The notes under the pieces are model-generated. The model worked only from the letters and a program-made list of their open reading frames with translations. It ran no database searches and was not told the origin of the DNA. From an uncultured virus (IMG/VR IMGVR_UViG_3300025789_000002) (taxonomy: Duplodnaviria > Heunggongvirae > Uroviricota > Caudoviricetes), in the IMG/VR virus record IMGVR_UViG_3300025789_000002: a stretch of 64,000 nt of DNA; one strand, given 5' to 3'. Position numbers and translations under genes: made by a program. Below are positions 62,414 through 64,000 of the stretch, piece after piece (the stretch's first letter is position 1; the number at the start of each line of letters is the position of its first letter).

Positions 62414-64000
62414 TATCTTCTACCATCCGGCCTAATATCAATACGTGGGCTACCAAGCTGCCATGTGACACCAAGCTGGCCCATTGACTCAATCCTAAAG
62501 CTCATCTGACGCCCACGAAGTCGTGTATAAACTTGACCAGTAAATTGTTGGATTGTATAGGCTGGCAAAACAGTATAGTTTTGTGAACTAGTAACTTGAG
62601 GATTATCTGCTTGTCCATAAGCGGAACCAGAGTTTGCCCGTGGTTTTACAGTCATAGTTACATAAGGCTGATTTGTAGTAGAGCCATTAAAATTAACGTC
62701 AGGAAGTATACGCCACACAAACCCAAAATTATGACCATCCCCAATATCAAAATCAGAAGATTGTACATAAGAATCAATAGGTTGCGGGTTAGTAGTTGCT
62801 TGGTCATCACACCCATTCTCATGGTAAAGCAGTCGTCCATTGTAGTCGGCGGCGATAGGGTAAGGCTGTGTTCCTGTTTGCATCCAAGCAGTGCGGCCAT
62901 TTAAAGCCCATGCCATGCCAGTACCAGACCCAGTACCAGTAGCAACAAAATACGTACCTACATCGTTAGAAGAAGCACCGATAAGCTGGAAATTAGTAGT
63001 TCCAACGCTAGCAATAACGTATTGTTTACCCACCACAAAAGACCCAGCTTGTACTTGGCTAGCATTAAATGTGCCGTAATACCATACACGGTCTAAGTAG
63101 TTATAAATAACGTAGCGGTCAACGGAAAAATCTAAGCTTTCTTCACTAACATAAAACCACCACACTTCATTAAAGGCTTCGTTCGCACCAGTAAAGACTT
63201 GGTATGCTTGCTGTTGATTTATATCGTCAAAAATATATTGGCGAAGCGAACAAGGTAAAGTCTCTACTCGGCCTGAGTACATATAGAATCGGTCTCGGCC
63301 CATCCAGTAAGTCACATTATTAACTGTAATCATTGAGTTAGGCGAAATAATAGATATGTTATCCATCAGAATTTGGAACCCCCAAACATAAGGAGCACCT
63401 AAATACTGCATAGAATAAATAGCAGAATCAGTCCAAACTAAAATCTCTTGACGAGTTGCACGGGCGCCCATAATATAAGAGCCGTTAGTTAGTAAGTATT
63501 CGCCAGATTGGTTTGTTAATTGAGGTATCCATTGGTATGCGTTCGCTTGGTCCGACCATCTAACCAACATAGGGTTAAATGTAGTCGCTGCATTATTAGG
63601 CGAATATGAATTAGCACCAAAAGCAATAACAAATTCTTGGATAGCTGAAGTAATAACTTGATAAGTTTGCGTAGGTACAAAGGCACCAGCGTAAGAATAG
63701 TTATAATTACCTGAGCTGGCCCCAGAAGTTGTAGTAGTGATAGGAACTGTTGTAGCCCCTGTTATATAGCTAGATGCTATTTTTGTATTTGCAGGTAGGT
63801 TAGTTCCTGTGATAACCATGTAAGGAAATAGGTTTGGTGCTGCTGCTGAAGAAACAGTAATGCTTGTTGCACTTCCTGCAAACGTAGTTCCCGAATCTAC
63901 ATAAGATGTAGTTGTGTTTGCTATGGAGCTTAAATACTGAGCACGAGATGACACGGTACCAGAATCTGCCCAATAGAAGATAGGACCACCTCGAGGTGCA
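62413..64000 (-). CDS. Tail nozzle/DNA stabilisation protein (P22 gp10-like), 5' end outside the window
   Basis: VRWSDQ, YWMG...FY.Y.G.V..LPC, EVWWFY, R.RGRQ; the frame appears open to the window edge. Confidence 0.75.
   Translation of the reverse strand, partial: APRGGPIFYWADSGTVSSRAQYLSSIANTTTSYVDSGTTFAGSATSITVSSAAAPNLFPYMVITGTNLPANTKIASSYITGATTVPITTTTSGASSGNYNYSYAGAFVPTQTYQVITSAIQEFVIAFGANSYSPNNAATTFNPMLVRWSDQANAYQWIPQLTNQSGEYLLTNGSYIMGARATRQEILVWTDSAIYSMQYLGAPYVWGFQILMDNISIISPNSMITVNNVTYWMGRDRFYMYSGRVETLPCSLRQYIFDDINQQQAYQVFTGANEAFNEVWWFYVSEESLDFSVDRYVIYNYLDRVWYYGTFNASQVQAGSFVVGKQYVIASVGTTNFQLIGASSNDVGTYFVATGTGSGTGMAWALNGRTAWMQTGTQPYPIAADYNGRLLYHENGCDDQATTNPQPIDSYVQSSDFDIGDGHNFGFVWRILPDVNFNGSTTNQPYVTMTVKPRANSGSAYGQADNPQVTSSQNYTVLPAYTIQQFTGQVYTRLRGRQMSFRIESMGQLGVTWQLGSPRIDIRPDGRR

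Noticed and set aside
1..64000. tRNA, integrase, endolysin or alternative genetic code
   Set aside because: None recognised; long genes are intact under the standard code. Lysis genes may lie in the segment missing between the window ends.

Overview
Most of the genome of a podovirus-like tailed phage, with both window ends cut inside virion genes. The host is probably a betaproteobacterium (inferred from Burkholderiales-style regulatory motifs). The minus-strand late arm (~24.5 kb to 1, and 64 kb to 50.1 kb) encodes TerS/TerL, portal, GroES, scaffold, capsid, decoration, small basic 'KKGG' proteins, adaptors, LamG and other fibres, ejection proteins and a 2123-aa polyvalent protein. The plus-strand early/replication arm (25.5-50.0 kb) encodes small early ORFs, a MoxR-type AAA ATPase with a VWA/metallopeptidase partner, VRR-NUC, PolA, a PD-(D/E)XK nuclease, a dATP/dGTP diphosphohydrolase, an SNF2 helicase, an SSB-like protein, an HTH protein and a DUF927-type primase-helicase. 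No integrase, tRNA, CRISPR array or endolysin was seen. The most unusual signals are non-coding or sub-genic: (1) a host-sensing control region at the strand switch, with a PhaR/PhbF-box promoter driving an unannotated 38-aa amphipathic peptide, a class II FNR-type promoter driving one of two paralogous early genes, and a dense array of paired palindromes; (2) eight copies (plus one degenerate) of a 30-bp GGACA-AA-CTTAG-N6-CTAAG-AA-TGTCC element across the early region; (3) an array of translationally coupled mini-genes built from four shared DNA modules around unrelated variable segments; (4) several structured-RNA candidates. All functional calls come from reading motifs by eye; no searches were run.
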